Virus record (IMG/VR): IMGVR_UViG_3300014208_000005
Coordinates: 29,941 to 93,940 of that record
Strand: one strand, 5' to 3'
Origin: a virus
DNA: 64,000 bases
Shown here: one piece after another, positions 36,301-45,704 of the stretch
Position numbering within the stretch: position 1 is the stretch's first letter
Layout of the letters: each line of letters starts with the position of its first letter
The notes under the pieces: generated by a model
Databases searched by the model: none
Told to the model about the DNA's origin: nothing
Seen by the model: the letters and a program-made list of their open reading frames with translations, nothing else
Position numbers and translations under genes: made by a program

Positions 36301-36585
36301 TGGACTGAGCAACGTGCATATGGTGAGGATGATGAGTCTGAGATTGTAAATATGGATAAAATGAGGTCGTTAGGAATCCTTAGAGAAATTTTGTCATACA
36401 ACGACGATGGAAACTTTGATGATATTTCTGCTTTAGGTATGTTAATGATTTATCGTGAGAATTTGGCGACGAACAGAATTTTAGGCGAGTCGAAGAAAAT
36501 AACCATAATGGATGACCCTTTTTGGAAACGCCACACCCCTGGTTTTCAGCCTGATAGGAATTCGATGCAAATAAAGTTCAGATAA
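33394..36585 (+). CDS. terL: Terminase large subunit with intein
   Basis: ITGRHYFFLN, Walker A KARRKGIS, Walker B MCFEE, GTGG, RNase-H-like nuclease AGIDSY, GNFDDISA; 712 aa after removing the intein. Confidence 0.92.
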   Translation: MRKTRDELIVVAEPWDKLHENPVRNTKHDYLKFINSAVFSEEARHFLRYGYYTSAQYGTKDWTDYWDEQEERCLEGYSVGGVRITGRHYFFLNFSMLKARPIDPVTGLEKDSKKIITFPRFLDHQYYLFHEIEECFAEGPYKGQSLIGMIIAKARRKGISFVNSGGIISYNYNFIPASLTTIAAYEAVHYNTLLNGTHFVLNHLNKNTDWAKRRQRVNRRDHFRSSFVYTDNAGVELEDGFMSEVQAKSFKDDPFKAIGDSTYTMCFEECLGKGTKVFMFDHSFKNVEDIVVGDFVMGVDSKPKKVINTTSGVDNLFKIKQQKGVEYVVNSKHKLYLEQHTNITSKRFKNDDGPKLLNVNEFESLITYKHKCTYGIKSNGLEFKEQPLLIDPYAFGAWLGDGESSRFAVVVNTDTDVEILSYFKSVYPEHHLYTIKNINATCVIITPSKKIGNQNIQNILLKELGVRNNKHIPDCYQFNSEKNRLQVLAGLLDTDGYLQKGTRSYSYSYEIAVKNDLLADQIVLLARGLGFYVKKSRKYGKKDGKIHASNRLQIRGDLQKIPLKVLRKRPPIDWIPTSNPLNTQIKIEPVGKGKYFGFTLEGENDVDHLFLLEDFTITHNCGRFKGLLDAYTIAEPTFRDGDIMTGVPMLWGTGGDVEAGGKDLEEMFYKPEAYGLKSYSNIYDENAVGRCGWFIDDLWYKPGLDKTHTFPLVDKEGNSYRELTRDIHKRERDTRATGSRLAFRKHITQYPLTPKEAFLRIDSSPFDTLRAQNRLTDLLTDQKTYIDSIYTAKFVIDVESNKVKYEYDSISIPLREFPIKDWEHVEGCPEIYEHPHKNQNGEIQALRYIAGIDSYDADKSTTDSLGSIIVLDRLTDRIMCHYKGRPLANKFYETCRRILKYYNATANYERSNKGIYGHFYNMKCIHLLCDEPDILKEKGISKANTLGNSSKGTMPSTLVNAWGRELSAFWTEQRAYGEDDESEIVNMDKMRSLGILREILSYNDDGNFDDISALGMLMIYRENLATNRILGESKKITIMDDPFWKRHTPGFQPDRNSMQIKFR
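34201..35253 (+). mobile_element. Intein with LAGLIDADG homing endonuclease (351 aa)
   Basis: Begins CLGKGTKV, ends TITHN before +1 Cys; LAGLIDADG-like blocks PYAFGAWLGDG and LAGLLDTDG. Confidence 0.92.
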
Positions 36586-36587
36586 AA

Positions 36588-36619
36588 TTTGGAAAAAAAG
36601 CAAAGTTGTATTATCTTTG
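36588..36619 (+). promoter_or_regulatory. Bacteroidota sigma promoter for portal operon
   Basis: TTTG (36588) ... TATCTTTG (36612-36619). Confidence 0.75.
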
Positions 36620-36642
36620 TAAAATGAAAATATTATTGTGAC

Positions 36643-39006
36643 ATGAGCAACTTAAGCGCCTTTCCGCAACAGAAGAAAAGTTTACGGGAAAAAAACGATG
36701 AATGGTCGAGGAATTGTGTTGATTCTGGAATCGAATTAATAAACTACACTCAGAATTACGGCCTGCGTGCTTCTTTCTATGAGAAGCAAACCAACTATGA
36801 CTTAGCCTCAAACATTCTTGACCCTCAAGATGTTGAACGCGTGATAAATCCCTGGAAGATAAGGGGGGCGGATTTTCCTGTTGAGATGAGGAATTATCCT
36901 TTATCTAAGCCTAAGATTGACTTACTTGTTGGAGAGGAAATGAAACGTCGCTTTGATTGGAGGGTCATCGTAAAAAATGATGATGCCATCTCTGATAAGG
37001 AGAAGTTGATTAAGGATAAGTACATGGAGACCATTATTAAGCATATCCAATCGGAAAACTACGATGAGCAGAAGGCACAACAGGAGTTAGAGGCGTTGAA
37101 TAAATGGCGTCTTTATGAGGCGCAGGATTTAAGAGAGAGGATGTCAACTCAGATTCTTAACGTCTTATGGCGCACAGAAAACATGCAATACAAATTCAAC
37201 AGGGGATTTGAAGACGCTTTAATTGCTGGGGAGGAGATTTATTCGATTCAGATTATTGCCGGGGAACCTAAAGTCATAAAGGAGAACCCCTTGAATATTC
37301 AAGCGTTGCGTTCTGGAGACTCTGTGTTTATTGAGGATTCGGACATCATTATAAAGGATGGTTACAGAGGGGTCGGTCAGGTTTTAGACGACTATTACGA
37401 CTTCTTATCTGCAGCGGACATTGATAAAATTGAAACTGGGAATAAGCTTAATAAAGCTACCTCAATGATCAACTACCCCCTCAACTCTAAGATCCCAATC
37501 CCGCAGAATTACATGCTCGAAGCCTTTGGCACAACCGTTGTTGTTCCTGATGCAAGGATGTTAAATGCATTCGGAGGAGCCTACGACACAAAGGGCAACA
37601 TTAGAGTAACACAGGTTGTCTGGAAATCAATGCGTAAGATTGGAAAGAAAACGTATTGGGATGATTACGGAGATCAGGTTGAAGAGTTTGTTGACGAGTA
37701 CTATAAACCTAACAAGGACTTGGGTGAAGAGGTTACATGGTATTGGGTAACTGAATGGTGGGAAGGCACGCGCATAGGCCAAGACATCTTTGTTAAAATG
37801 CAACCGTTACCTAGGATTGGCTTAAATATGACAAACCCTTCTAAATGCATGCCCCCCTTTGTCGGCACGTTATACAACATTAATAGTAACAGGGCAATGT
37901 CTTTAATGTCCTATTTGAAGCCTTATCAGTATTTGTACAACTCGTTGATGTACAATACAGAACAAGCAATTATTAAAAGCAAAGGTAAGATTGGATTCCT
38001 TCCTTTACATCTTGTGCCAGATGGATGGGATTTGGATACGTGGATGTACTACTTCAACGTAATGGGAGTGGCGGTTGTGGATGCGTTTAAAGAGAGTTCT
38101 AAAGGATTAGTAGCTGGAACAATTCACAACATTCCAGCTCATATGGACCTTGAGATGGGGAACTACATTCAGAACAATGTTAGCATGATGCAGATGATTA
38201 GGCAGCATGTGGATGATATTTCTGGTGTAAGTCCTCAAAGACAGGGGGCAATAGACAATCGTGAGACTGTAGGCGGCATTGAGAGGGCTGTAACACAGTC
38301 TTCGCATATTACGGAGAAGTGGTTCTTTATACATGATTTAACTAAGGTACGTGTCTTAGAGGTCTTGTTGGAGACGGCAAAATATGCGTGGAGGAATAAG
38401 AAACAAAAGAGACAGTTCGTTCTGGATGATATGACGACGACCGTTTTAGACCTTGATGGTGAAACTTTCGCATCAGCGGAGTATGGAGTCGTTGTATCTA
38501 ACACAAGTGCAGACAGTGAGATGATGCAGGCTCTTAAATCATTAGCTCAAGCAGGGTTGCAGAACGACAAGTTGAACTTCTCAGACATAATGACAATCTA
38601 CATGTCAGACTCAGTTTCGTCTGTCAGACGTAAGATACAAGAGGCTGAGGAAGGTAGGAATCAGCAGGTACAGCAACAACAGCAGGCTGAACAACAGCAG
38701 TTTCAAGCAGACCTGCAGCAAAGGGCAGAAAGTGAGCAGGCAGACCGTGACCTTAAATGGGACATAGCATTGTTACAATATCAGGGAAATCAAGAAGGTG
38801 CTGAGGAAACTGTAACAGAAGAACCTGAGGACCACTCGATGGAGATTGCGAAATTAGACTTAGACAGACAGAAACACACAGATACAACGAATCTGAAACG
38901 TGAGGACTTGGCTGAGAAAAAACGCTCTAATAAAGTAAAAGAATCACAAGAAAGTCGTAAGATTGATATTGCTGCAAGAAGGCCAAAAACAACAACAAAG
39001 AAATGA
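36643..39006 (+). CDS. Portal protein (crAss-like)
   Basis: 787 aa after TerL; FP.QK, NYP...PKIDLLVGEE.KR, LKPYQYLYN, GVSPQRQG...ETVG..ERA..QS motifs. Confidence 0.88.
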   Translation: MSNLSAFPQQKKSLREKNDEWSRNCVDSGIELINYTQNYGLRASFYEKQTNYDLASNILDPQDVERVINPWKIRGADFPVEMRNYPLSKPKIDLLVGEEMKRRFDWRVIVKNDDAISDKEKLIKDKYMETIIKHIQSENYDEQKAQQELEALNKWRLYEAQDLRERMSTQILNVLWRTENMQYKFNRGFEDALIAGEEIYSIQIIAGEPKVIKENPLNIQALRSGDSVFIEDSDIIIKDGYRGVGQVLDDYYDFLSAADIDKIETGNKLNKATSMINYPLNSKIPIPQNYMLEAFGTTVVVPDARMLNAFGGAYDTKGNIRVTQVVWKSMRKIGKKTYWDDYGDQVEEFVDEYYKPNKDLGEEVTWYWVTEWWEGTRIGQDIFVKMQPLPRIGLNMTNPSKCMPPFVGTLYNINSNRAMSLMSYLKPYQYLYNSLMYNTEQAIIKSKGKIGFLPLHLVPDGWDLDTWMYYFNVMGVAVVDAFKESSKGLVAGTIHNIPAHMDLEMGNYIQNNVSMMQMIRQHVDDISGVSPQRQGAIDNRETVGGIERAVTQSSHITEKWFFIHDLTKVRVLEVLLETAKYAWRNKKQKRQFVLDDMTTTVLDLDGETFASAEYGVVVSNTSADSEMMQALKSLAQAGLQNDKLNFSDIMTIYMSDSVSSVRRKIQEAEEGRNQQVQQQQQAEQQQFQADLQQRAESEQADRDLKWDIALLQYQGNQEGAEETVTEEPEDHSMEIAKLDLDRQKHTDTTNLKREDLAEKKRSNKVKESQESRKIDIAARRPKTTTKK

Positions 39007-39176
39007 GTACAATTCATATAAAGAAATCTAAAGTTGGAACCTTACGCAAGGCAACTGAAACTAAGAAAGGGAAGAGAATACCTGCGAGTAAGTTGGCAAT
39101 AAAGAAGGGAGATAGCGCGGCTATGAAGAAAAAGAAAGTCTTTGCTCAAAATGCTTGCAAGTGGTCTCATAAATAA
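39003..39176 (+). CDS. Small basic protein (57 aa)
   Basis: Below cutoff: MSTIHIKKSKVGTLRKAT...IPASKL...KKKVFAQNACKWSHK; IHIK...FA.NA.KW.H motif recurrent in crAss-like phages. Confidence 0.7.
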   Translation: MSTIHIKKSKVGTLRKATETKKGKRIPASKLAIKKGDSAAMKKKKVFAQNACKWSHK

Positions 39177-39182
39177 TGGACT

Positions 39183-39317
39183 ATGAATCAATATCAATGC
39201 ACAGACTGTAACACAGTTTACGTGTCTGAAGTATGCAACTGTAAGTTGAAGTGTCCAAGATGTGGAAGTAAGAAACATAAACTAGTAAAGATATTAACTA
39301 AAAAATTTAAATTCTAA
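39183..39317 (+). CDS. Zinc-ribbon peptide (44 aa)
   Basis: MNQYQCTDCNTVY...KCPRCGSK..., TAATG coupling to next gene. Confidence 0.6.
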   Translation: MNQYQCTDCNTVYVSEVCNCKLKCPRCGSKKHKLVKILTKKFKF

Positions 39318-40318
39318 TGGGTAAACCAGTTCATAAGTACAATTCTTTAAAGGGTACATTCATATGTACCTACAAGTCAATACAACAAGCCGCAAATGAC
39401 GCCGATGTTGATGAGTCAACGATACGCAAACAAATCAATAACAAAGACTTATCTTTAATTAAAGGCCATCTTTATTCCTTACGAAGGTGCGACAACATTC
39501 TCGAAGGTTCGGATTATGCTGTAGAGGAGGTCGCAGTAAAGTTGCCGCATAAGGCCAACATCTTGCTGATTGACATTGAAACAGCTCCAACAATAGCCGG
39601 AGTATGGCGCTTCTGGAAATACAACATTGCCTACAATCAAATCTTTGATCACAGCTACATTCTATCTTACTCATGCAAGTGGCTCCTTGACTCTGAGACC
39701 TACTCATCTGTCTTAACTCCATCAGAAGCGATTCTAAATGATGACTCAAGACTCTTAAAGGAATTGTGGAGATGGTTAGACTCCGCAGACATAATCATCG
39801 CGCACAATGGAAAAGGGTTTGATATTCCGAGGATTAACACACGTTTAGTACGTTTAGGAATGCCTCCAACATCTTCATACCAAGTTATAGACACTCTGGA
39901 AGCTGCAAGGAAATTCTTTGATTTCCCATCCAATACTCTTAAAGCCTTGGCAGAATTCTTAGGACTTACACCGAAGATTGAGAATGAGGGATTTGAGTTG
40001 TGGAAGAGGTGCATTTCAGGTGATGAGGAGGCTTTAGGAGAAATGGAGAAATACAATATCGGAGATGTGATCACTCTGGAGGATGTGTACATGTCCCTAC
40101 GTCCGTACATTCGTCCGCACCCTAATATGGGTTTGTTTGTTGAAGGAGAAGTCAGGAGTTGTCCTACGTGTGGAGGATCTAATGTAATTGAGAACGGTTT
40201 CTACACGACACCGATGAATAAGTACAAGGAGTTTACATGTACTGATTGTGGGGCATCCGGGAGAAGTCGTTATGCAGAACCAAAGTTCAAACAAATGCTG
40301 TCTTCAATCTCGCATTAA
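39317..40318 (+). CDS. NUMOD1 + DnaQ/RNase_H_2-family 3'-5' exonuclease + Zn ribbon
   Basis: KPVHKY...YKSIQQAA (NUMOD1); DIETAP, AHNGKGFD, IDTL, YNIGDV; CPTCG..CTDCG. Confidence 0.85.
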   Translation: MGKPVHKYNSLKGTFICTYKSIQQAANDADVDESTIRKQINNKDLSLIKGHLYSLRRCDNILEGSDYAVEEVAVKLPHKANILLIDIETAPTIAGVWRFWKYNIAYNQIFDHSYILSYSCKWLLDSETYSSVLTPSEAILNDDSRLLKELWRWLDSADIIIAHNGKGFDIPRINTRLVRLGMPPTSSYQVIDTLEAARKFFDFPSNTLKALAEFLGLTPKIENEGFELWKRCISGDEEALGEMEKYNIGDVITLEDVYMSLRPYIRPHPNMGLFVEGEVRSCPTCGGSNVIENGFYTTPMNKYKEFTCTDCGASGRSRYAEPKFKQMLSSISH

Positions 40319-40319
40319 A

Positions 40320-40529
40320 ATGGAAAGTTACAAAGAGCATTCACTAGTGTTACGTTTTAGTGATGAAGGTGTGAATGAACCTAGGTTAATTCGTTCTGTC
40401 TTTGCTAAGCTTGAGAAAATAACAGATAGAGCTGGGTTTAAGCGCGACTTCGACCCTCTGGAAATTGATTTAATAAAGAGCACTATTTCTGCAATAAATA
40501 AGCAATATGAAAGGATGGAAGAAAAATAG
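40320..40529 (+). CDS. Hypothetical protein
   Basis: ATG 40320 preferred over track start. Confidence 0.5.
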   Translation: MESYKEHSLVLRFSDEGVNEPRLIRSVFAKLEKITDRAGFKRDFDPLEIDLIKSTISAINKQYERMEEK

Positions 40530-40559
40530 TGCTATAAAATGCAATTTTCCTTCTAAAAA

Positions 40560-40592
40560 TTTGGAACGAGTACGGTAAATGAATTAATTTTG
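40560..40592 (+). promoter_or_regulatory. Bacteroidota sigma promoter for scaffold/capsid operon
   Basis: TTTG (40560) ... TAATTTTG (40585-40592). Confidence 0.65.
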
Positions 40593-40615
40593 TAAATGCT
40601 AAAAATAAGTGGAAT

Positions 40616-41761
40616 ATGGAAATACAATTATTTGATACGGAGTTAAACATGACTCCGATTGATATGTCTAAACTTCCGGAAGAGAGTGAGACAAAAGTAG
40701 AAGAGGTACTTAAGGATGATCCTGAAAAAGAGTACACTATAATTGAGAATATCGTTGATAAAGCTGGAGAAGAGGAAGCAACAGAAGAAAAGGAAGAGAC
40801 TAAAAATACAAAAGAAAAGCCCGCCTCTGAACAGAGTGCAGACTCTTCCAAGATTCCATACTCCACTTTAGCAAAGGCACTTTATGAGGAGGGGGTTATT
40901 TCATTTTACGACGAAGACGAATTTAAAAAATTAGTTGAAGAGACTGGTTCTGAGGTTGATGCCGTAATTGAATTGAATCGGCAAACGATTGCTGAACAGG
41001 TTGAAGGATACAAGAATAGTCTTACACCTGAGGGGAAGAAATTTTTAGAGGCGCTAGAACAAGGAGTACCACTCGATAAATACATTCAAGCAAAGACGTC
41101 TGAGTATCAGTACAATCAAATAAAAGATACAACGCTGGCTGACGACGATGACTTATGTAAAGACCTTATTAGAGAGGACTTGTTAACGAAAGGGTTTGAC
41201 GAAGATGAAATCAAAGATCAGATTAAAGACATTGATGCTCTCGGTAAACTAGAAGCAAAAGCTAAGACTGCTCTTAAACGTCTTAAATCTTTACAACAGG
41301 AATCAATTGATAACGAGAAATTAGAAGCCCAGAAACGTCAGCAGGCAGCGATTGAGAGCAATAAGAAGCAGATGCAGTCGATAAAAACTGAGATTGATAA
41401 ACTTGTAGAGATTGTTCCAGGTCAGAAATTGAATGCTAAGATAAAAGGACAACTCTACGATGCAATTACGACTCCAGCAGAACAACTGGAAAATGGACAG
41501 TGGGTAAATGCTGTTTACGCAAAGAGATCGAAAGATCCAATCGCATGGGACATTAAACTTGCCTATCTCGACTCAATAGGAGTATTTGATGGCAAGTGGG
41601 ATAAAGTTCTAGGCTCAGCAAAATCCGCCGCAACAAAAGAATTGGCTGAGAAACTCAAGGGCGGTAGCATTAGTGGAACCGGTGAACCAAACGCTCCAGA
41701 AGGGACTCCAAAAGCAAAAGACGTATTACGCTCAATGGGCGTATTTCAAAATAAAAAATAA
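40616..41761 (+). CDS. Putative capsid scaffolding protein
   Basis: Acidic, helical/coiled-coil 381 aa immediately upstream of the MCP. Confidence 0.7.
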   Translation: MEIQLFDTELNMTPIDMSKLPEESETKVEEVLKDDPEKEYTIIENIVDKAGEEEATEEKEETKNTKEKPASEQSADSSKIPYSTLAKALYEEGVISFYDEDEFKKLVEETGSEVDAVIELNRQTIAEQVEGYKNSLTPEGKKFLEALEQGVPLDKYIQAKTSEYQYNQIKDTTLADDDDLCKDLIREDLLTKGFDEDEIKDQIKDIDALGKLEAKAKTALKRLKSLQQESIDNEKLEAQKRQQAAIESNKKQMQSIKTEIDKLVEIVPGQKLNAKIKGQLYDAITTPAEQLENGQWVNAVYAKRSKDPIAWDIKLAYLDSIGVFDGKWDKVLGSAKSAATKELAEKLKGGSISGTGEPNAPEGTPKAKDVLRSMGVFQNKK

Positions 41762-41797
41762 TTATAAATAAACCTTTAACCCGTTAATTTTTAAACA

Positions 41798-43273
41798 ATG
41801 TTAATATCTAAATTACAAACACTTGATCCTAAAGATTGGACTGGGTTAACGACTGATAACCATCTTGGTGCTCTTTATATGCAGCAGCCTCAACTCGTCT
41901 CTGAGGTTATTGAACATATCTACAAGGTAAACCTTGGTGGTGACGATGTTGTTAGCTTTATCAATCAATTCCCTGTAATGTACATCGACGATGATGTGCC
42001 TTTCGACTGGCTGCTTCAGGGAGCAGATGAGAAAAATATTCCTCTTCTGGGAGCCTACAAACTTGATTATTCGACAGCTCCTACAAGAGCCGGTATTGCA
42101 CGTTCATCTTTCTTCATGGAATTTGGGGAACGCTTATTTGAACAAACCGATGTAATCGTCGGAGAAAAGACCGAATTGTACAGACTTCGCGTTGTTGCAG
42201 ATCCGATTTCCAGAGGAACATCTTGGATTTACGAAGTACAGCTCGTCACAGGCGATGACACTTTGTTTGTTCCTGCAGACGAACTCACGGCTGGTAAACG
42301 TTGGTCCAAAGACTATTCGCTGGTTGAACAGACTTTGTCAAAGCGTGGTGGTGGAATAGTTCATACAAGTCCGTTTAGGATGCGTAACTGGATGTCCATG
42401 ATTCGTAAGCAGTACACTGTTCCCGGCAACATGATTCGTAAGGGTCAGAATAAACCGTTGGCATTTGCATGGGTTGATCAGGACGGCAAGAAGATCACTT
42501 CTTGGCTTGGTAAACTTGACTGGGACTTCCTGACACAATTCCGTAGGGAACGTGCTCGTTTGTTACTGTATGGTGATGCAAATAAACTGCCTGATGGAAC
42601 ATTTGGTAATGTAGGTGAATCTGGATATGAAATTCGTTCAGGCTATGGTTTGTACGCACAGGTTGCTCCTTCTAATTTGTTCTTCTACAATTCGTTTGAC
42701 CTTGACTGGCTGACAGAAATTGCTCTTGGTTTGTCTGTAGGAAAACTACCGGAAGATGAACGTAGGTTTGTCCTCTCAACTGGAGAATATGGCGCCTACG
42801 CTTTCCACAAAGCAGTTCAGGATAAAGCTTCTGGATGGTCTCCCAACTTCAATCAGGATCGTATTAAGATGACAGGCAATAAGATGTCATACAGCGGACA
42901 GTTTATGAAATATGTCTCTGTGAACGGCATTGAGTTTGAAGTCATGATTGATCCTATGCTGGATAATCCAGTGCGTAATAAGATTCAGCATCCCGATGGT
43001 GGTCTGGCATCAAGCCGTGAATACAACCTGTGGGATTTTGGAACCGCCAATGGCGAGCCTAATATTCAGAGGGTTGCCATGAAGGGTGATGAGGAAATCT
43101 ACAAGTACATTCCCGGTATGCGTGATCCTTTCACTCCTTACAATAATGTAACTAAGCCTGGTATGGCTGCTACAAGTGTTGACGGATATGAAATTCACAA
43201 GCTCTACATCGGAGGCTTAAGAGTTAAAAACCCAATGCGCACAATGCGTATTGTACCTAGCTTGTTAGCCTAA
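41798..43273 (+). CDS. Major capsid protein (crAss-like, HK97 fold)
   Basis: W.GLTT.NHLG, VE.TLS.RGG, I.SG.GL..Q, FVL.TGE.G...F, YIPG.RDPF motifs; 491 aa. Confidence 0.92.
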   Translation: MLISKLQTLDPKDWTGLTTDNHLGALYMQQPQLVSEVIEHIYKVNLGGDDVVSFINQFPVMYIDDDVPFDWLLQGADEKNIPLLGAYKLDYSTAPTRAGIARSSFFMEFGERLFEQTDVIVGEKTELYRLRVVADPISRGTSWIYEVQLVTGDDTLFVPADELTAGKRWSKDYSLVEQTLSKRGGGIVHTSPFRMRNWMSMIRKQYTVPGNMIRKGQNKPLAFAWVDQDGKKITSWLGKLDWDFLTQFRRERARLLLYGDANKLPDGTFGNVGESGYEIRSGYGLYAQVAPSNLFFYNSFDLDWLTEIALGLSVGKLPEDERRFVLSTGEYGAYAFHKAVQDKASGWSPNFNQDRIKMTGNKMSYSGQFMKYVSVNGIEFEVMIDPMLDNPVRNKIQHPDGGLASSREYNLWDFGTANGEPNIQRVAMKGDEEIYKYIPGMRDPFTPYNNVTKPGMAATSVDGYEIHKLYIGGLRVKNPMRTMRIVPSLLA

Positions 43274-43276
43274 TTA

Positions 43277-43984
43277 ATGATTAACAATCATCAACAAATA
43301 TTAGACGATTCGGTAGGGTTTGCAGTTATTTACAAGATTACAAGCCCTTCCGAAAAGTCTTATGTGGGGCAATCAGTTAATTTCAAGGAAAGATATTCAA
43401 CATACAGAAGATTAAAGAAGAATAGTATTGGAAACAAGATATTTAATGCTTTAAATAAGTACGGTGGAATCGAAAATTTTGAAATTGAATTGCTTTGTAA
43501 AATACCATTAATTGATGATTTAATAAACTTAAAGAAACAGTTAGACTCCTTAGAAGTCTTTTACATCAAATATTGTGACTCGTTTAACTGTGGTTACAAT
43601 TCAACAATAGGAGGAGAAGGATCATTAGGAAGAATAACTAAAGAAGAAACTAAACAGAAAATAAGTATTGCAAATAAGGGGAATAATGCAGTTGATGATG
43701 TAATATGCACGTGTGCAACTTGCGGAAAAGAATTTGGAGTGCAGCCCTGGTCTTTCAATAAAAGGATTAAACAAACTAAAACTGGCAAACTATTCTGTTC
43801 TGTAAAATGCACAGCAAAATACAATAGAAAAGAAACATCAATCATAACTCCTTGTGGATATTGTAGTAAAGACATTATTTACCCTAAATGGAAATATAAT
43901 ACAAGAATGAAAAACAGCACGACTGGAAAATTATTTTGTGGTACTAAATGTTACAGAAAATATTTAAAAGAAAAAGCTACCTAG
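43277..43984 (+). CDS. Free-standing GIY-YIG homing endonuclease (NUMOD3 + Zn fingers)
   Basis: VIYKITSPSEKSYVGQS, GYNSTIGG, EETKQKIS.ANKG, two CxxC...FC.xxC repeats. Confidence 0.85.
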   Translation: MINNHQQILDDSVGFAVIYKITSPSEKSYVGQSVNFKERYSTYRRLKKNSIGNKIFNALNKYGGIENFEIELLCKIPLIDDLINLKKQLDSLEVFYIKYCDSFNCGYNSTIGGEGSLGRITKEETKQKISIANKGNNAVDDVICTCATCGKEFGVQPWSFNKRIKQTKTGKLFCSVKCTAKYNRKETSIITPCGYCSKDIIYPKWKYNTRMKNSTTGKLFCGTKCYRKYLKEKAT

Positions 43985-44019
43985 GTTTTTATTTTTGAAC
44001 CTTAATCAAGGATAGGTAC

Positions 44020-44091
44020 AGCAGAGTGGAGCAGTGGTAGCTTGTGAGAATCATAATCTCAAGGTCGTGGGTCCGAATCCCACCTCTGCAA
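44020..44091 (+). tRNA. tRNA-Met(CAT), initiator-like but atypical
   Basis: Cloverleaf AGCAGAG/CTCTGCA, D-stem GAGC/GCTT, anticodon stem TGAGA/TCTCA with loop ATCATAA, T-arm GTGGG-TCCGAAT-CCCAC; no encoded CCA. Confidence 0.8.
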
Positions 44092-44130
44092 CTACGAAGT
44101 GGAAGAGTTAATTACTAATTAAAAACAAGT

Positions 44131-45045
44131 ATGGAAACACAAGTTAAGAGGAATATTATAAGTGAGGGAATCGAAAAGGGTTTCCTTACTGATAAGAAAG
44201 TTAAATTGATTGCAGTACCTCGTGATGGAGCAATGATTTCTGAAAAGACACACGTTGGTTATTACAGGTACGACGGAACAAAAGTTAGTTGGGTTCTGCC
44301 CAAAAGTCGCAGCACTCATAACCTAGTTCAAGTATTAACACCAGAAGAAAGAGTATTTTTTGAAGAAGCGTTGGATATTGATCTTAACATTTACAAAAAA
44401 GAGGATAATTTTTGGCACACGTTTAGAGTTGAGATTGAGAAGGGGGATGCTTTCATGCAATTCGGACTTGAACTTGATTTGAGTGAGCCAATGCAGAATT
44501 TAAAATGGCGTTTGTGGAAAACAGCACCGTTTGTTGCAAAGTCTTGGGAAGATCGTTATGAAAGCGGAGAATACATTTTAGCTCTTGTGGATTCAGATTA
44601 TCAAGAAGTGCAGCGTGCTAATAAATCAACTAAGAATATCAAAGCTTACAAGCACTTGGGTAAAATTGAAGGATCAAACGTTAAACTTTATGATTTCTTG
44701 TCAATCTATTCATTGCAGAATTTAAAAGCTAAACGTCCTGATTCTGATGCAAATACAGAGGCACTTGTAGCACAGGCACAAGAGATTATTGAGAATGACA
44801 TCACCGGCTATCTTGCCATCGCAGAGGATCCTTCTTACGAGCAGAAGTTATTGGTTCATAGGGCAATAGGTGCTGGAGCGATTGAGAAGAAGTTTAACTC
44901 TAAGGAATACATGACACCTGAGGGAAAACACTTGGGTAATAATTTGGAACAAGTTATTCACAACTTGCTTGACCCAGATTATCAGGAAGATTACTTAAGG
45001 ATAAAAGCCGTTGTAAGTGCGACACAGAAGAAAAGTAAAGAATAA
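44131..45045 (+). CDS. Conserved crAss-like structural protein downstream of MCP (portal-associated)
   Basis: LT.EE..FFE..L, N.FW..F.V, LDLS.P, G.Y...EG..LG motifs and synteny. Confidence 0.7.
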   Translation: METQVKRNIISEGIEKGFLTDKKVKLIAVPRDGAMISEKTHVGYYRYDGTKVSWVLPKSRSTHNLVQVLTPEERVFFEEALDIDLNIYKKEDNFWHTFRVEIEKGDAFMQFGLELDLSEPMQNLKWRLWKTAPFVAKSWEDRYESGEYILALVDSDYQEVQRANKSTKNIKAYKHLGKIEGSNVKLYDFLSIYSLQNLKAKRPDSDANTEALVAQAQEIIENDITGYLAIAEDPSYEQKLLVHRAIGAGAIEKKFNSKEYMTPEGKHLGNNLEQVIHNLLDPDYQEDYLRIKAVVSATQKKSKE

Positions 45046-45704
45046 TGACTAACGCAGAGTTAAAAACCAGATTCTTAATAGGCTATGAGTTCGTTGCCAA
45101 CAATTTAGCGCCGGGATATCTCGACTCTGAAATATCTGGATTTTTAAATCAAGGCATGGATTTGATAGTTGATGAGTTGTACGCAAATGGTAATATTGGA
45201 AGTATTGCAGAAGTTTTAGTGAAAACTGAACCGGGAATTGTTGCTTACTTAACTCCAGCTGAAAATTATGGGAATTATGCTTATTGGACTGTGCAGAATA
45301 CTCTATCAGACTTAAGACATCTGGTTAATGCAAAAGCAAAAGTTCTTAGATATCAACCTTTTGCAATAAATTCAGAGTGGATTGAATGCGAGCCGATTGA
45401 TAATAGGATTGCTGAGAAATGGGTTACTACATCAATAAACATGCCTATTATCATTTATCCTAAAATAGTGTGGCACGGAACGGTAAATGGATACGCAGTA
45501 ATATTTGATGCTTACAGTTCAGTTGAGGAGTTTCAGGTGATGTACATTAAGAATCCTGTAAGGATAGACGTGGCTGATGGATTAACGTGTGAACTCCACA
45601 CAAAGCTGCATCAGAAAATAGTTGATAAGGCGATTGCCTTAGCGATGAAAGCAACTGATGCTGAGAGAGCACAAAAAGAAGTACAAATAAATCAAGCTTT
45701 ATGA
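45045..45704 (+). CDS. Head-tail ring/adaptor protein
   Basis: APGY..SEIS.FLNQ...YIK.P...CEL...LHQ.IVD.A motif. Confidence 0.7.
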   Translation: MTNAELKTRFLIGYEFVANNLAPGYLDSEISGFLNQGMDLIVDELYANGNIGSIAEVLVKTEPGIVAYLTPAENYGNYAYWTVQNTLSDLRHLVNAKAKVLRYQPFAINSEWIECEPIDNRIAEKWVTTSINMPIIIYPKIVWHGTVNGYAVIFDAYSSVEEFQVMYIKNPVRIDVADGLTCELHTKLHQKIVDKAIALAMKATDAERAQKEVQINQAL

